Shown here: positions 1 to 8,107 of the stretch, piece by piece
Layout of the letters: each line of letters begins with the position of its first letter
Position numbering within the stretch: position 1 is the first letter of the stretch
Source of the DNA: Pseudodesulfovibrio mercurii
Lineage (GTDB): Bacteria; Desulfobacterota; Desulfovibrionia; Desulfovibrionales; Desulfovibrionaceae
NCBI RefSeq assembly: GCF_000189295.2
Contig: NC_016803.1
Coordinates: 360,001 to 392,000 of the forward strand
Direction: 5' to 3'
Length of the DNA stretch: 32,000 bases
Translations under genes and position numbers: made by a program
The notes under the pieces: model-generated
What the model was told of the DNA's origin: nothing
What the model saw: the letters and a program-made list of their open reading frames with translations, nothing else
Database searches by the model: none

Positions 1-290
1 CGCAGGAAAAGGGCATCAAGAATGGCGACGGCGTGATCGTGGAGTCCATCCGCGGCCGGGTCGAAGCCATCGCCATGGTCACGGTCCGCATGCGCCCGCT
101 CAAGGTGCACGGCCGGATCATCCATGAAATAGGCATGCCGTTCTGCTTCGGCTGGACGACCCCCGGAACCGGCGACTCGACCAACCGGCTGACGCCTTCG
201 GTCGGCGACCCGAACACGACCATTCCGGAATTCAAGGCCTGCTGCGTGAACATCCGCAAGGCAGACAAGCTCACCGAGCTGGCAACCTAA
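1..290 (+). CDS. fdhA: Formate dehydrogenase catalytic (molybdo/tungstopterin) alpha subunit, C-terminal fragment; the 5' end is outside the window
   Basis: The frame is open from the window edge to TAA at 288-290. The tail ...IHEIGMPFCFGWTTPGTGDSTNRLTPSVGDPNTTIPEFKACCVNIRKA looks like the C-terminal domain of Fdh-type molybdopterin oxidoreductases. It is followed at once by fdhB, fdhE and fdhD. Confidence 0.8.
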   Translation, partial: QEKGIKNGDGVIVESIRGRVEAIAMVTVRMRPLKVHGRIIHEIGMPFCFGWTTPGTGDSTNRLTPSVGDPNTTIPEFKACCVNIRKADKLTELAT

Positions 291-302
291 GGAGGATGCG
301 CC

Positions 303-1037
303 ATGCCTAAGTCATTCTTGATAGACACATCCCGCTGCACGGCGTGCCGCGGCTGTCAGATCGCCTGCAAGGAGTGGCATGAACTGCCCGCCAACAAGAC
401 GACCCAGTACCATTGGGGCAGTCACCAGAATCCGCAGGACCTGAATCCCTACAACTACAAACTCGTTCGCTTCAGCGAACACCTCGAGGACGGCGTGGTC
501 CGCTGGAACTTCTTCCCGGACCAGTGCCGCCACTGCGAAGTCCCTCCGTGCAAGGAGCTGGGCGACGTGTACATCGACGGAGCCATCCTCAAGGACGAGA
601 AGACCGGCGCGGTCATCTTCACCGAGAAGACCAAGGGCTTCACCAAGGAACAGGCCGGAGAGGTCCGCGATGCGTGCCCGTACAACATCCCGCGGCGCAA
701 CGACGAGACCGGGCTGATGAGCAAGTGCACCATGTGCAACGAGCGCATCCACGCGGGCATGCCGCCCGCCTGCGTCAAGGCCTGTCCCACCGGGACCATG
801 AACTTCGGCGACCGCGAGGAGATGCTCGCCCTGGGCAAGCAGCGCCTCGAACTCCTGAAGAAGAAGTGGCCCAAGGCGATGCTGGCGGACCCCGATGACG
901 TCAACGTCATCTACCTGCTCATCGACGAGCCCGCCAAGTACCACGACCACGCCGTGGCCGAGGCCAATGTCGGACCCATGTCCAAGAAGCAGTTCCTGGC
1001 CACCCTGACCAGGCCCTTCAAGGCCATGAAGGCGTAA
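303..1037 (+). CDS. fdhB: Formate dehydrogenase iron-sulfur (beta) subunit, 4Fe-4S ferredoxin type
   Basis: ATG at 303 with AAGGAGG at 289-295. Several ferredoxin-like Cys clusters are present (CTACRGCQIAC, CRHCEVPPC, CTMCNERI, CVKACPTG). Sits between fdhA and the accessory genes. Confidence 0.9.
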   Translation: MPKSFLIDTSRCTACRGCQIACKEWHELPANKTTQYHWGSHQNPQDLNPYNYKLVRFSEHLEDGVVRWNFFPDQCRHCEVPPCKELGDVYIDGAILKDEKTGAVIFTEKTKGFTKEQAGEVRDACPYNIPRRNDETGLMSKCTMCNERIHAGMPPACVKACPTGTMNFGDREEMLALGKQRLELLKKKWPKAMLADPDDVNVIYLLIDEPAKYHDHAVAEANVGPMSKKQFLATLTRPFKAMKA

Positions 1038-1099
1038 CCTGAAACCACCTCTCCGCCAGGCCGGAGCGTCCCCGGACGCACCGGCCACGGGCGGAGGCT

Positions 1100-2026
1100 A
1101 TGGAGCGTTCCATGAAATCGGTTTTTGACCAGAAGGCTGTTGCCCTGACCCTCGACGCCATCAAGCGGCGCGTGCCCGCCTATGCCGAGCTGGCCGACAA
1201 GTTCCGCCCGCTCTTCGTGGAAAAGGCGCGGCTGCGCGACGAACTGGCGGCGCAGGGCCTGGACCTGCCCGTCCTCGACGCGGCCCGCGCCAACCAGGGC
1301 GTGCCCCTGATGGTGGACGTGGACCTCGCCCCATGGGCCGGGAGCATGCGACAATCGGCGGCATCCCTCCTGCCCCTGCTGTTCGACGTGCTCAATCCCG
1401 ACCCGGAGGCGTGGCGCAAGCTCGAAGCCTTTCTGGACAATGCCGACAACCTTGCGGGGCTCGCCCAGGCACGGATCGAAGGCAATTGGAAACACTTTGA
1501 GAACACCTCCGTACAGCTCGGCATCACACCGTTCACCACGCTGCTGTATATTGCAGAGACCGTTTTCTCGCCTGTCCTGTGCGCATTGGCCCAGGGACTG
1601 GGCGAGCCCCTTTCCAAGCTCGGCTGGGACCACGGCTACTGCCCGGTCTGCGGGTCCACGCCCTCCATCTCCCAGCTCTCCCCCAAGGAGGTCACGGACC
1701 TGGACCAGCTGGTCGGCGGCGGGGGCAAGAAGTTCCTGCACTGCTCCCTGTGCGGCCACGACTGGCGCTACATGCGCAACGCCTGTCCGGCCTGCGGCAA
1801 CGACGACAACGAGTCGCGCGAGGTCTTCTACATGGACGACGCCAGGTTCGAGCGCATCGAGGCCTGCCACAAGTGCGGCAAGTACTGCCTGAACATCGAC
1901 ATGCGCGAATGCGACCCCCTGCCGGACCTGGATGCCGTGCAGATCGGGCTGATCCACCTGGACATCTTCGCCCGCGAGCACGACCTGGTGCCCATTTCCC
2001 CAACCCTCTGGAACTCCCTGGACTAA
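1100..2026 (+). CDS. fdhE: Formate dehydrogenase accessory protein FdhE
   Basis: Four CxxC pairs (CPVCGS, CSLCGH, CPACGN, CHKCGK) in the C-terminal half, as in FdhE. An alternative start at ATG 1112 has a better-spaced GGAG (1103-1106). Confidence 0.85.
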   Translation: MERSMKSVFDQKAVALTLDAIKRRVPAYAELADKFRPLFVEKARLRDELAAQGLDLPVLDAARANQGVPLMVDVDLAPWAGSMRQSAASLLPLLFDVLNPDPEAWRKLEAFLDNADNLAGLAQARIEGNWKHFENTSVQLGITPFTTLLYIAETVFSPVLCALAQGLGEPLSKLGWDHGYCPVCGSTPSISQLSPKEVTDLDQLVGGGGKKFLHCSLCGHDWRYMRNACPACGNDDNESREVFYMDDARFERIEACHKCGKYCLNIDMRECDPLPDLDAVQIGLIHLDIFAREHDLVPISPTLWNSLD

Positions 2027-2030
2027 GCCC

Positions 2031-2822
2031 ATGGGCGAACCCACGACGCATCTCAGGGCACTGAACGGCCCGGCGGAAGCGGATCGCCCCGACCGGTCGG
2101 CCGAGACCCGTCCCCTGCAACCGGCCTGTCCGGTGACCATCCAGCGTTTCGAAAACGGGAAGCTGTCCTTCAAGGATGACCAGATCGCCGAGGAGGCCGA
2201 CATCCGGCTGACCGTCAACGGACAGCCCGAGGCCGTCCTGGCCCGTACCCCCGGCGACGACCTGAACCTGGTGGCGGGCTACCTGTTCTCCCAGTCGCGG
2301 ATCATGTGCCCGGAGGACATCGGCACCCTCGCCCTGTCCTACCACGGCCCCTCCCGTGCGGAAGTGACCCTCAGGGAGGGGCGGACCGTGCGGCGCATCT
2401 ATCCCTCGCCTCGGCCCGTACACATCGCGCCCGACATGCTCTTCCGGCTCAAGGAAATCTTCGAGCGGCGGCAGAACCTGTTCAAGAACACCGGGTGCAC
2501 CCACGCGGCGGCCCTGTTCTCCGCGGACGGGCAGCTGATCGCCTACGGCGAGGACGTGGGGCGGCACAACGCCTTTGACAAGGCCCTGGGCCGGGCGCTG
2601 CTCGAAGGCACCCTGGAGGGGGTGACCATCGCCATGCTCTCCTCGCGTCTGGCCGTGGAGCTGGCCATGAAGGCGACCACCGCCAACATCCCGGTCCTGT
2701 GCGGGTTCTCGGCGGCCACCAGCTCGGCCGTTACCTACGCCGAACGCAACAACCTGAGCCTCGTTGGCCGCATCCGGGGCAACTCGTACAACGTCTACGC
2801 CAACGGGTGGCGGTTCAGGTAG
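2031..2822 (+). CDS. fdhD: Formate dehydrogenase accessory sulfurtransferase FdhD
   Basis: Carries the GCTHAAALF cysteine loop and the GRHNAFDKALG motif typical of FdhD. Starts 4 nt after the fdhE stop. Confidence 0.9.
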   Translation: MGEPTTHLRALNGPAEADRPDRSAETRPLQPACPVTIQRFENGKLSFKDDQIAEEADIRLTVNGQPEAVLARTPGDDLNLVAGYLFSQSRIMCPEDIGTLALSYHGPSRAEVTLREGRTVRRIYPSPRPVHIAPDMLFRLKEIFERRQNLFKNTGCTHAAALFSADGQLIAYGEDVGRHNAFDKALGRALLEGTLEGVTIAMLSSRLAVELAMKATTANIPVLCGFSAATSSAVTYAERNNLSLVGRIRGNSYNVYANGWRFR

Positions 2823-2968
2823 GGAGAAAAAAATCAGGATTTGAAGGCCGCTTCGCGGCGATTGTCGGGCGACTTCGCCTTGATTCGCCCCGTTCTGGGG
2901 CTCACCCCTTCGGGGTCGCGCCTTATCAGGCACGGTCCAAATCCGCTGTCCTGCGGATTTGTCGGCGG

Positions 2969-3025
2969 GCAGCGCCAGCTTTTAGGCGAGTCTTCGAGCC
3001 TTGGAGATGGCGACAGCAGCGACAG
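2969..3025 (+). repeat. Intergenic repeat element, copy 1 (core GCAGCG..CCA..GCT.TTAGGC.GAG...TTGGAGATGGCGACAGCAGCGACAG)
   Basis: Aligns with the reverse complement of 27502-27564. The 25-nt block matches 22/25, and there are flanking collinear matches. Confidence 0.55.
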
Positions 3026-3102
3026 GGTTCGCCCCCTTGCATCCCGATTAGGCGCCTTCGGCGCGGTGTGTTTCGCTTCGCGGGGGGGGAGCCGGGAGGT
3101 CT

Positions 3103-3663
3103 TTATTTTCCGCCCAGAATCTGTTGCTTGAAGCTCTTGCCGGGGCCGGGCTTGGGGCCGATCCAGGTGGCCAGGACGGCGTCGGCGAAGTCCTTGCCAG
3201 GAATGCCGCCCCGGGGCCGCCCGGCGATCATGACGTCGGTGCCCGTGGCCGGGTCGTAGACGAAGCCCATCTCCTGGCCCTTCTTGACGTCCGTCATCAT
3301 TTTGGTCAGCTCCACGAACTTTTCCCGCAGTTCCGGGGTGACGTTTCCCACGTTGGCCTCGAGTCCGTCTATCCAGGCCTCGTTGATGGCCTTGGCGTCC
3401 ACGTCGCGGACAAAGTGCATGACCATCATGCGCGGCCCCTCGTTGGCCAGGATCGCCTGGGGATCATTGGATTTCTCCGTCAGGTAAAGCCCCGCCACAT
3501 AGACGTCGACGATGAACTTCTCGCGCAGGGCGATGCCGTTGAGTGTAAGCTTCCGCGCACCGACCTCCACGGTGTCGGGCAGGGTCACGTCGGCCAGCTC
3601 GGCCGCCATGGCCGGGGTCAGGCAGAGCAGGGCGAGCAGCACGGCGGAGAGTAGGCGTTTCAT
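3103..3663 (-). CDS. Secreted chalcone-isomerase-fold (CHI-like) family protein
   Basis: N-terminal signal peptide MKRLLSAVLLALLCLTPAMA/AE. The core LTLNGIALREKFIVDVYVAGLYL resembles bacterial chalcone isomerase-like domain proteins. Confidence 0.75.
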   Translation of the reverse strand: MKRLLSAVLLALLCLTPAMAAELADVTLPDTVEVGARKLTLNGIALREKFIVDVYVAGLYLTEKSNDPQAILANEGPRMMVMHFVRDVDAKAINEAWIDGLEANVGNVTPELREKFVELTKMMTDVKKGQEMGFVYDPATGTDVMIAGRPRGGIPGKDFADAVLATWIGPKPGPGKSFKQQILGGK

Positions 3664-3697
3664 GGGGGCTTCCTCGTGCGCCTGTTCGGGCGCGGGG

Positions 3698-4564
3698 TCA
3701 GGCGTTCAGCGAGTCCAGGAACCCGGACACGGTCCGGTTGAACTCCTCGGGTTGTTCATAAAACGGCATATGACCGCTTTTGTCCAGGAGGACGAAGCGC
3801 GAATCGGGCAGGGTGGCGGCCACGTACCGCCCGGTGGACGGGCCGTAGCACATGTGCAGGGAGCGGCCGTAGACCACCAGGGCGGGCAGGGCCACCGTGG
3901 GCAGCACGGGCGTGGTGTCGAGCCGGGCGTAGTCCTCGTAGATGGCGGCGGCCGACGCCGGGTCGCTCTTGAGCTGTTCCGCGACCATCCAGCGCAGGGC
4001 GTGTTCCGGGGCGTGGCCCGACAGGAACATGGCGTTGACGAAGCGCGTGGCGAAGCCCCGGCGGTCCGCCCGCATGGCCTCCAGGTCCGCCTGCATGGCC
4101 TCCTCGTTGTGGCCGTGGCACTTGTGCACGTTCCACGGCGCGGGGGACATGGGGTAGGGGCCGCTCTCCACCAGGCCGAGCCCGGCCAGCCGGTCCGGGC
4201 CGAACCGCCGCCAGTACTCCAGGACCACGGAGCCGCCCATGGACCAGCCCACGAGCAGGGCGCGGGTCAGCCCCAGGGCGGTGACGACCTCGCGCACGTC
4301 CGTGGCGTAACGGACCACGTTGTGGCCGCGCGGCGTGGTCTGTGACCGGCCGTGGCCGCGAAAGTCCACGGTGATGACCTGGCAGGTCTCGGCCAGCTGG
4401 GCCTGACGCCGCCAGAACAGGGAGCTCATGGTCCAGCCGTGGAGCAGGAGCACGGGTTGCCCCGTGCCGCGAATCTCCACCCACAGCCGCACGCCGTCGG
4501 TGGTCCGCACCCATCCGCCCACCTGGTTCTCGGCGGTGGTTTCCACGGCCTCGAACCGGTCCAT
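3698..4564 (-). CDS. Alpha/beta hydrolase fold protein
   Basis: The start was trimmed to the ATG at 4562-4564 (MDRFEAV...). It has the HGW oxyanion region (PVLLLHGWTMS), the nucleophile elbow GWSMGG, and a C-terminal SGHMPFYEQPEEF. The upstream part of the long ORF is Arg/Pro/Gly-rich GC noise. Confidence 0.9.
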   Translation of the reverse strand: MDRFEAVETTAENQVGGWVRTTDGVRLWVEIRGTGQPVLLLHGWTMSSLFWRRQAQLAETCQVITVDFRGHGRSQTTPRGHNVVRYATDVREVVTALGLTRALLVGWSMGGSVVLEYWRRFGPDRLAGLGLVESGPYPMSPAPWNVHKCHGHNEEAMQADLEAMRADRRGFATRFVNAMFLSGHAPEHALRWMVAEQLKSDPASAAAIYEDYARLDTTPVLPTVALPALVVYGRSLHMCYGPSTGRYVAATLPDSRFVLLDKSGHMPFYEQPEEFNRTVSGFLDSLNA

Positions 4565-4569
4565 GGAAC

Positions 4570-4974
4570 CTACCTGCCCCGGGGCTTGGGCTTGATGTCG
4601 ATGACCGGGGTGCCGTCGATGGCCTCCAGCGGCTCGACCACCAGGGTCAGGGGTTCCTCGACGGCCACCAGGGTGACGCGGTGCAGGCCGATGGGATTGG
4701 GCCGGGCCGGGGAGCGGGTGGAGAACACCCCGCGCACGGGATTGTCCTTGTTGCCCCGGGGGTGGACCTTGAGGACCGAGCGGTCGGACTTGTGGAACCA
4801 GGTGAAGAGTTCGAGCTTCGCACCGGGTTCGAGGCCGTCCAGCCCCTCGGCGTAGGCCGGGTCGATCTCGATGCGGGCACGCACGGCCCCGGCCTCGTCC
4901 TCCATCTTGGGGGCCGAGGCCAGGTCCTTGATGTCCGAGTGGATGGTGCCGATGACGGCCAGTTGCATGTCCAT
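4570..4974 (-). CDS. trmO: TsaA/TrmO (YaeB) family tRNA methyltransferase-like protein, short single-domain form
   Basis: Runs from MDMQLAVIGTIHSD to RSPARPNPIGLHRVTL and DGTPVIDIKP, which are hallmark TsaA-like domain motifs. ATG at 4972-4974. Confidence 0.85.
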   Translation of the reverse strand: MDMQLAVIGTIHSDIKDLASAPKMEDEAGAVRARIEIDPAYAEGLDGLEPGAKLELFTWFHKSDRSVLKVHPRGNKDNPVRGVFSTRSPARPNPIGLHRVTLVAVEEPLTLVVEPLEAIDGTPVIDIKPKPRGR

Positions 4975-4985
4975 GACGCCTCCGT

Positions 4986-5951
4986 CTATTGGGTGAAGTG
5001 GTCGAATCCGGGGTTGGTGAAGGGCCTTCCGTTGACGGTGATGCCGGGGGTCCTGCCCACCGTGCCGATCTCCACATAGCCGGGCACGGACCGGGCCTTG
5101 CCCGCCTCGAAGGGCGAGACCGCGCCGAGCAGGGCGTAGTCCTCGCCGCCGAGCATGGCGAATTCCACCGGGTCGAGGCCCTCCCGGCCGCACCAGGCGT
5201 GCACGTTGGGGTGCAGGGTGGCGGGGTCGATGGTCAGGGTCGCGCCCAGGTCCGGTCCGAGGAAGCGCGGCAGGTCGCGGGCCAGGCCGTCGGACAGGTC
5301 CATGAGCCCCTTGATCCCGGCGGCGTTGAGCAGGGTGCCGATCATGACCTTGGGCTTGGGCCGCAGATGGGCCAGGACCGCCGAGGGCAGGGTCTCGCGG
5401 GCCTTGAGCCCCTCGGCCTCCAGGGCCATGAGACCGGCCCGGGCCAGGCCGAAGTCGCCCACGGTGAACAGGATGTCGCCGGGCGCGCAGTTGCCGCGCC
5501 TGAGGAACCCGGTGGCGCCGGGCGCGCCGAAGGCGGAGATGGACACGCCCAGACGCTCGCAGCGGCTCAGGTCGCCGCCCGCCAGGACCATGTCGAACTG
5601 CCGGGCCAGGCCGGACATGGACTTGAGAAATTCCTCCCAGAACTCGTCCGGCAGGCTGGTCGGGGCCATCAGGTCCATGGTGAAGGCCACGGGCTTGGCC
5701 CCCATGGCCGCGAGATCGCTGACGTTCACCGCCAGGGCCTTGTAGCCGATGTCGGCCGCAGAGAAGTAGTCGCGGCGGAAGTGCTCGCCCTCGAGAAAGA
5801 GGTCCGAGGTCACGCAGTAGTCGGTGCCGCCCCGGAGCACGGCGCAGTCGTCGCCCCGGCCCAGGGCCAGGAACTCGTGCTCGCGCGGGAAATAGTGGTC
5901 GATCCGTTCCAGAAAGTGTGCTTCGCTTCGCATAGCCTGTCCATACTCCAT
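4986..5951 (-). CDS. thiL: Thiamine-monophosphate kinase
   Basis: Motifs GDDCAVL, TSDLFLEGEHF, GYKALAVNVSDLAAMGA and GGEDYALL indicate the AIR-synthase-like ThiL family. The ATG at 5949-5951 overlaps the helicase stop (TGATG). An alternative ATG lies at 5933. Confidence 0.88.
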   Translation of the reverse strand: MEYGQAMRSEAHFLERIDHYFPREHEFLALGRGDDCAVLRGGTDYCVTSDLFLEGEHFRRDYFSAADIGYKALAVNVSDLAAMGAKPVAFTMDLMAPTSLPDEFWEEFLKSMSGLARQFDMVLAGGDLSRCERLGVSISAFGAPGATGFLRRGNCAPGDILFTVGDFGLARAGLMALEAEGLKARETLPSAVLAHLRPKPKVMIGTLLNAAGIKGLMDLSDGLARDLPRFLGPDLGATLTIDPATLHPNVHAWCGREGLDPVEFAMLGGEDYALLGAVSPFEAGKARSVPGYVEIGTVGRTPGITVNGRPFTNPGFDHFTQ

Positions 5952-8107
5952 CAGAGGAATTCCAGGTAGTCCCCGATGATGACCTTGAGGCCGAAGCCGG
6001 GGAAGTTGACCCTGTATTTGTTCGCGTCCAGTTGGGCGGTGATCTTGCCCTTGCCGAAAATTTTGTGCTTGCAGAACCCGAGCTTGGACGGGTCCACCTT
6101 GGGCCGCGCCGGTTCCGGGACGTCCCGCGCATCCGCTTCGTCGCGGGACTCGTAAACGGGCGGAACCGGATCGGGCAGGGAGTAGGCGGGCCGCCGCCGC
6201 GTCTCCAGGCCGCCGCCGTAGGACTCGTTCAGCCGCTCGAAGACCGTGTCCGGCAGCTCCATGACGAAGGGGCTGGGCAGGGTGGGGTCGGACAGGCCGC
6301 TGGCCCGGTTGTAGACCGAGCCGGGCACGAACAGCCGGAGTTCCTCCTTGGCCCGGGTGCAGGCCACGTACATGAGGCGGCGCTCCTCCTCCAGGTCCTC
6401 GGCCCGCTGCATGGCCTTGCGCGACGGGAAGCGGTCCTCCACCAGGTCGATGATGATCACCGCCGCCCATTCGAGCCCCTTGGCCGAGTGGACCGTGGAC
6501 AGGACCACCGCGTTCTCCTTGCGCTGCTCATCGTCCGGATCGCCGTCCAGGGAGAGGTCGCCGATGAACTGGTCCATGTCCTTGTAGCCCGCCGCGATCT
6601 GGCTGAGCTGCTCCAGCCCGGCCTGGCGCTTGGGGTAATCGTCCGGATATTTCTCGATGAGGATGGGCTGGTAGAAGGCCAGCACGGCCTCGAGCACGGC
6701 CGACGGGCGCTTCTCGCCCGCGCGCAGCCGGTCCAGTTCGGCCAGCAGCTCCCTGAGCTGTTCGTGCTTCTTGACCATCTTGGCCATGTATTTCTCGTCG
6801 CCCGAGTGCATGGCCTGGTAGATCTTGGCCACGGTCTTGGCCCCCACGCCCTTGATGTGCTCCATGGCCCGCTGCCAGGCCATCAGGTCGTGCGGGTTGA
6901 TGACCAGGCGGATGAAGGCGAGCACGTCCTTGACGTGGGCGGCCTCGTGGAAGCGGATGCCGCCGAACTTCTGGTAGTCGATGCCGATGCGCGTCAGGGC
7001 CACTTCCAGGGGAAAGGACTGGTAGCTCGCGCGGAAGAGCACGGCCACGTCGTGGAGCATGTGCTTGCGGCCCAGTTCGAGGATCTGGTCCACCACCAGC
7101 CGGGCCTGGGTCTGGTCGCTCAGGGGATGGATGACCTGGGGCAGGTGGTCGCTCTTGAGGTCCGAGTAGAGGTGCTTGTCGAACTTGGTGGTCGCGCCCT
7201 TGAGGATTTCGTTGGTCAGGTCGAGGATGGGCTGGACCGAGCGGTAGTTCTTTTCCAGCCGGATGAGCTTGGTGCCCTCAAATATCTTTGGAAATTTCAG
7301 GATGTTGGCCACGTTGGCCCCGCGGAAGGCGTAGATGGACTGGGCGTCGTCGCCCACGGCCATGACGTTGCCCCGTGGTCCGGCCAGCTGTTGGACGATG
7401 CGCGCCTGGACCAGGTTGGTGTCCTGATACTCGTCCACCATGATATAGCGGTAGCGGGCCTGCAGCTGGTTGCGCAGGGGTTCGTTCTTGGCCAGCAGGT
7501 CGTCCAGGAGGAAGAGCAGGTCGTCGTAGTCCACCAGGGCGTGCTTGCGCTTGAACCCGGCGTAGCCGTCGGCGATGCGCTGGATGTCCTCGAGGTAGGG
7601 GCTCAGGTGGTAGGCCTCGCGCTCCATGACCGCCTCGATGGTCAGCTCCTTGTTGCGGGACTTGGTGATCATATCCAGCAGGGTGGCCTTCTTGGGATAG
7701 GAGCGGTCGCCCTTGCCGAGCTTGAGTTCGTCCCGGACCTCCTTGCAGACGTTTTCGCTGTCGGCCCGGTCCATGAGGGTGAATCCGCCCGCGAAGCCGA
7801 TGTCCGCCGCGTTGCGCCTCAGGGTGGCGTAGGCGAACGAGTGGAAGGTGCCGCCCGAGGTGCCGTGCAGGGGGCGGCCGAGGATGGTCTCGGCACGGGC
7901 GAGCATCTCCTGGGCGGCCTTGCGGGTGAAGGTCAGGAGCAGGATCTGGGCCGGGTCCACGCCCTTCTGGACCAGGTTGGCCAGGCGGTAGACGATGGTC
8001 CGGGTCTTGCCCGACCCGGCCCCGGCGATGACCAGCACCGGTCCCTCGGTGGTGGTCACGGCCTCGCGCTGGGCGTCATTCAGTTCGTTCTCGAAATCGA
8101 TACTCAT
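5951..8107 (-). CDS. uvrD: ATP-dependent DNA helicase, UvrD/PcrA/Rep family
   Basis: Has Walker A AGAGSGKT, motif II VDEYQDT, QSIYAFRGA, TVHSAKGLEW and VACTRAK. The C-terminal Tudor-like tail is HKIFGKGKI...VNFPGFGLKVI. Confidence 0.95.
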   Translation of the reverse strand: MSIDFENELNDAQREAVTTTEGPVLVIAGAGSGKTRTIVYRLANLVQKGVDPAQILLLTFTRKAAQEMLARAETILGRPLHGTSGGTFHSFAYATLRRNAADIGFAGGFTLMDRADSENVCKEVRDELKLGKGDRSYPKKATLLDMITKSRNKELTIEAVMEREAYHLSPYLEDIQRIADGYAGFKRKHALVDYDDLLFLLDDLLAKNEPLRNQLQARYRYIMVDEYQDTNLVQARIVQQLAGPRGNVMAVGDDAQSIYAFRGANVANILKFPKIFEGTKLIRLEKNYRSVQPILDLTNEILKGATTKFDKHLYSDLKSDHLPQVIHPLSDQTQARLVVDQILELGRKHMLHDVAVLFRASYQSFPLEVALTRIGIDYQKFGGIRFHEAAHVKDVLAFIRLVINPHDLMAWQRAMEHIKGVGAKTVAKIYQAMHSGDEKYMAKMVKKHEQLRELLAELDRLRAGEKRPSAVLEAVLAFYQPILIEKYPDDYPKRQAGLEQLSQIAAGYKDMDQFIGDLSLDGDPDDEQRKENAVVLSTVHSAKGLEWAAVIIIDLVEDRFPSRKAMQRAEDLEEERRLMYVACTRAKEELRLFVPGSVYNRASGLSDPTLPSPFVMELPDTVFERLNESYGGGLETRRRPAYSLPDPVPPVYESRDEADARDVPEPARPKVDPSKLGFCKHKIFGKGKITAQLDANKYRVNFPGFGLKVIIGDYLEFL

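Noticed and set aside
2823-3102. tRNA, tRNA-like or CRISPR array in the fdhD/CHI spacer
   Set aside because: GGTTCGCCCCC superficially resembles a T-arm. However, there is no 5-bp T-stem, no acceptor stem and no anticodon arm. The hairpins differ in sequence and have irregular spacing, so this is not a CRISPR repeat-spacer array.
4565-5077. Long N-terminal extension of the alpha/beta hydrolase ORF. Analogous extensions occur on the trmO, thiL, cbiQ, metY, tmk, yhaM-like and lysC ORFs in the track.
   Set aside because: The extensions overlap the upstream gene, are Arg/Pro/Gly-rich, and are followed by an internal start with an SD. That start gives the canonical N-terminus of each family.
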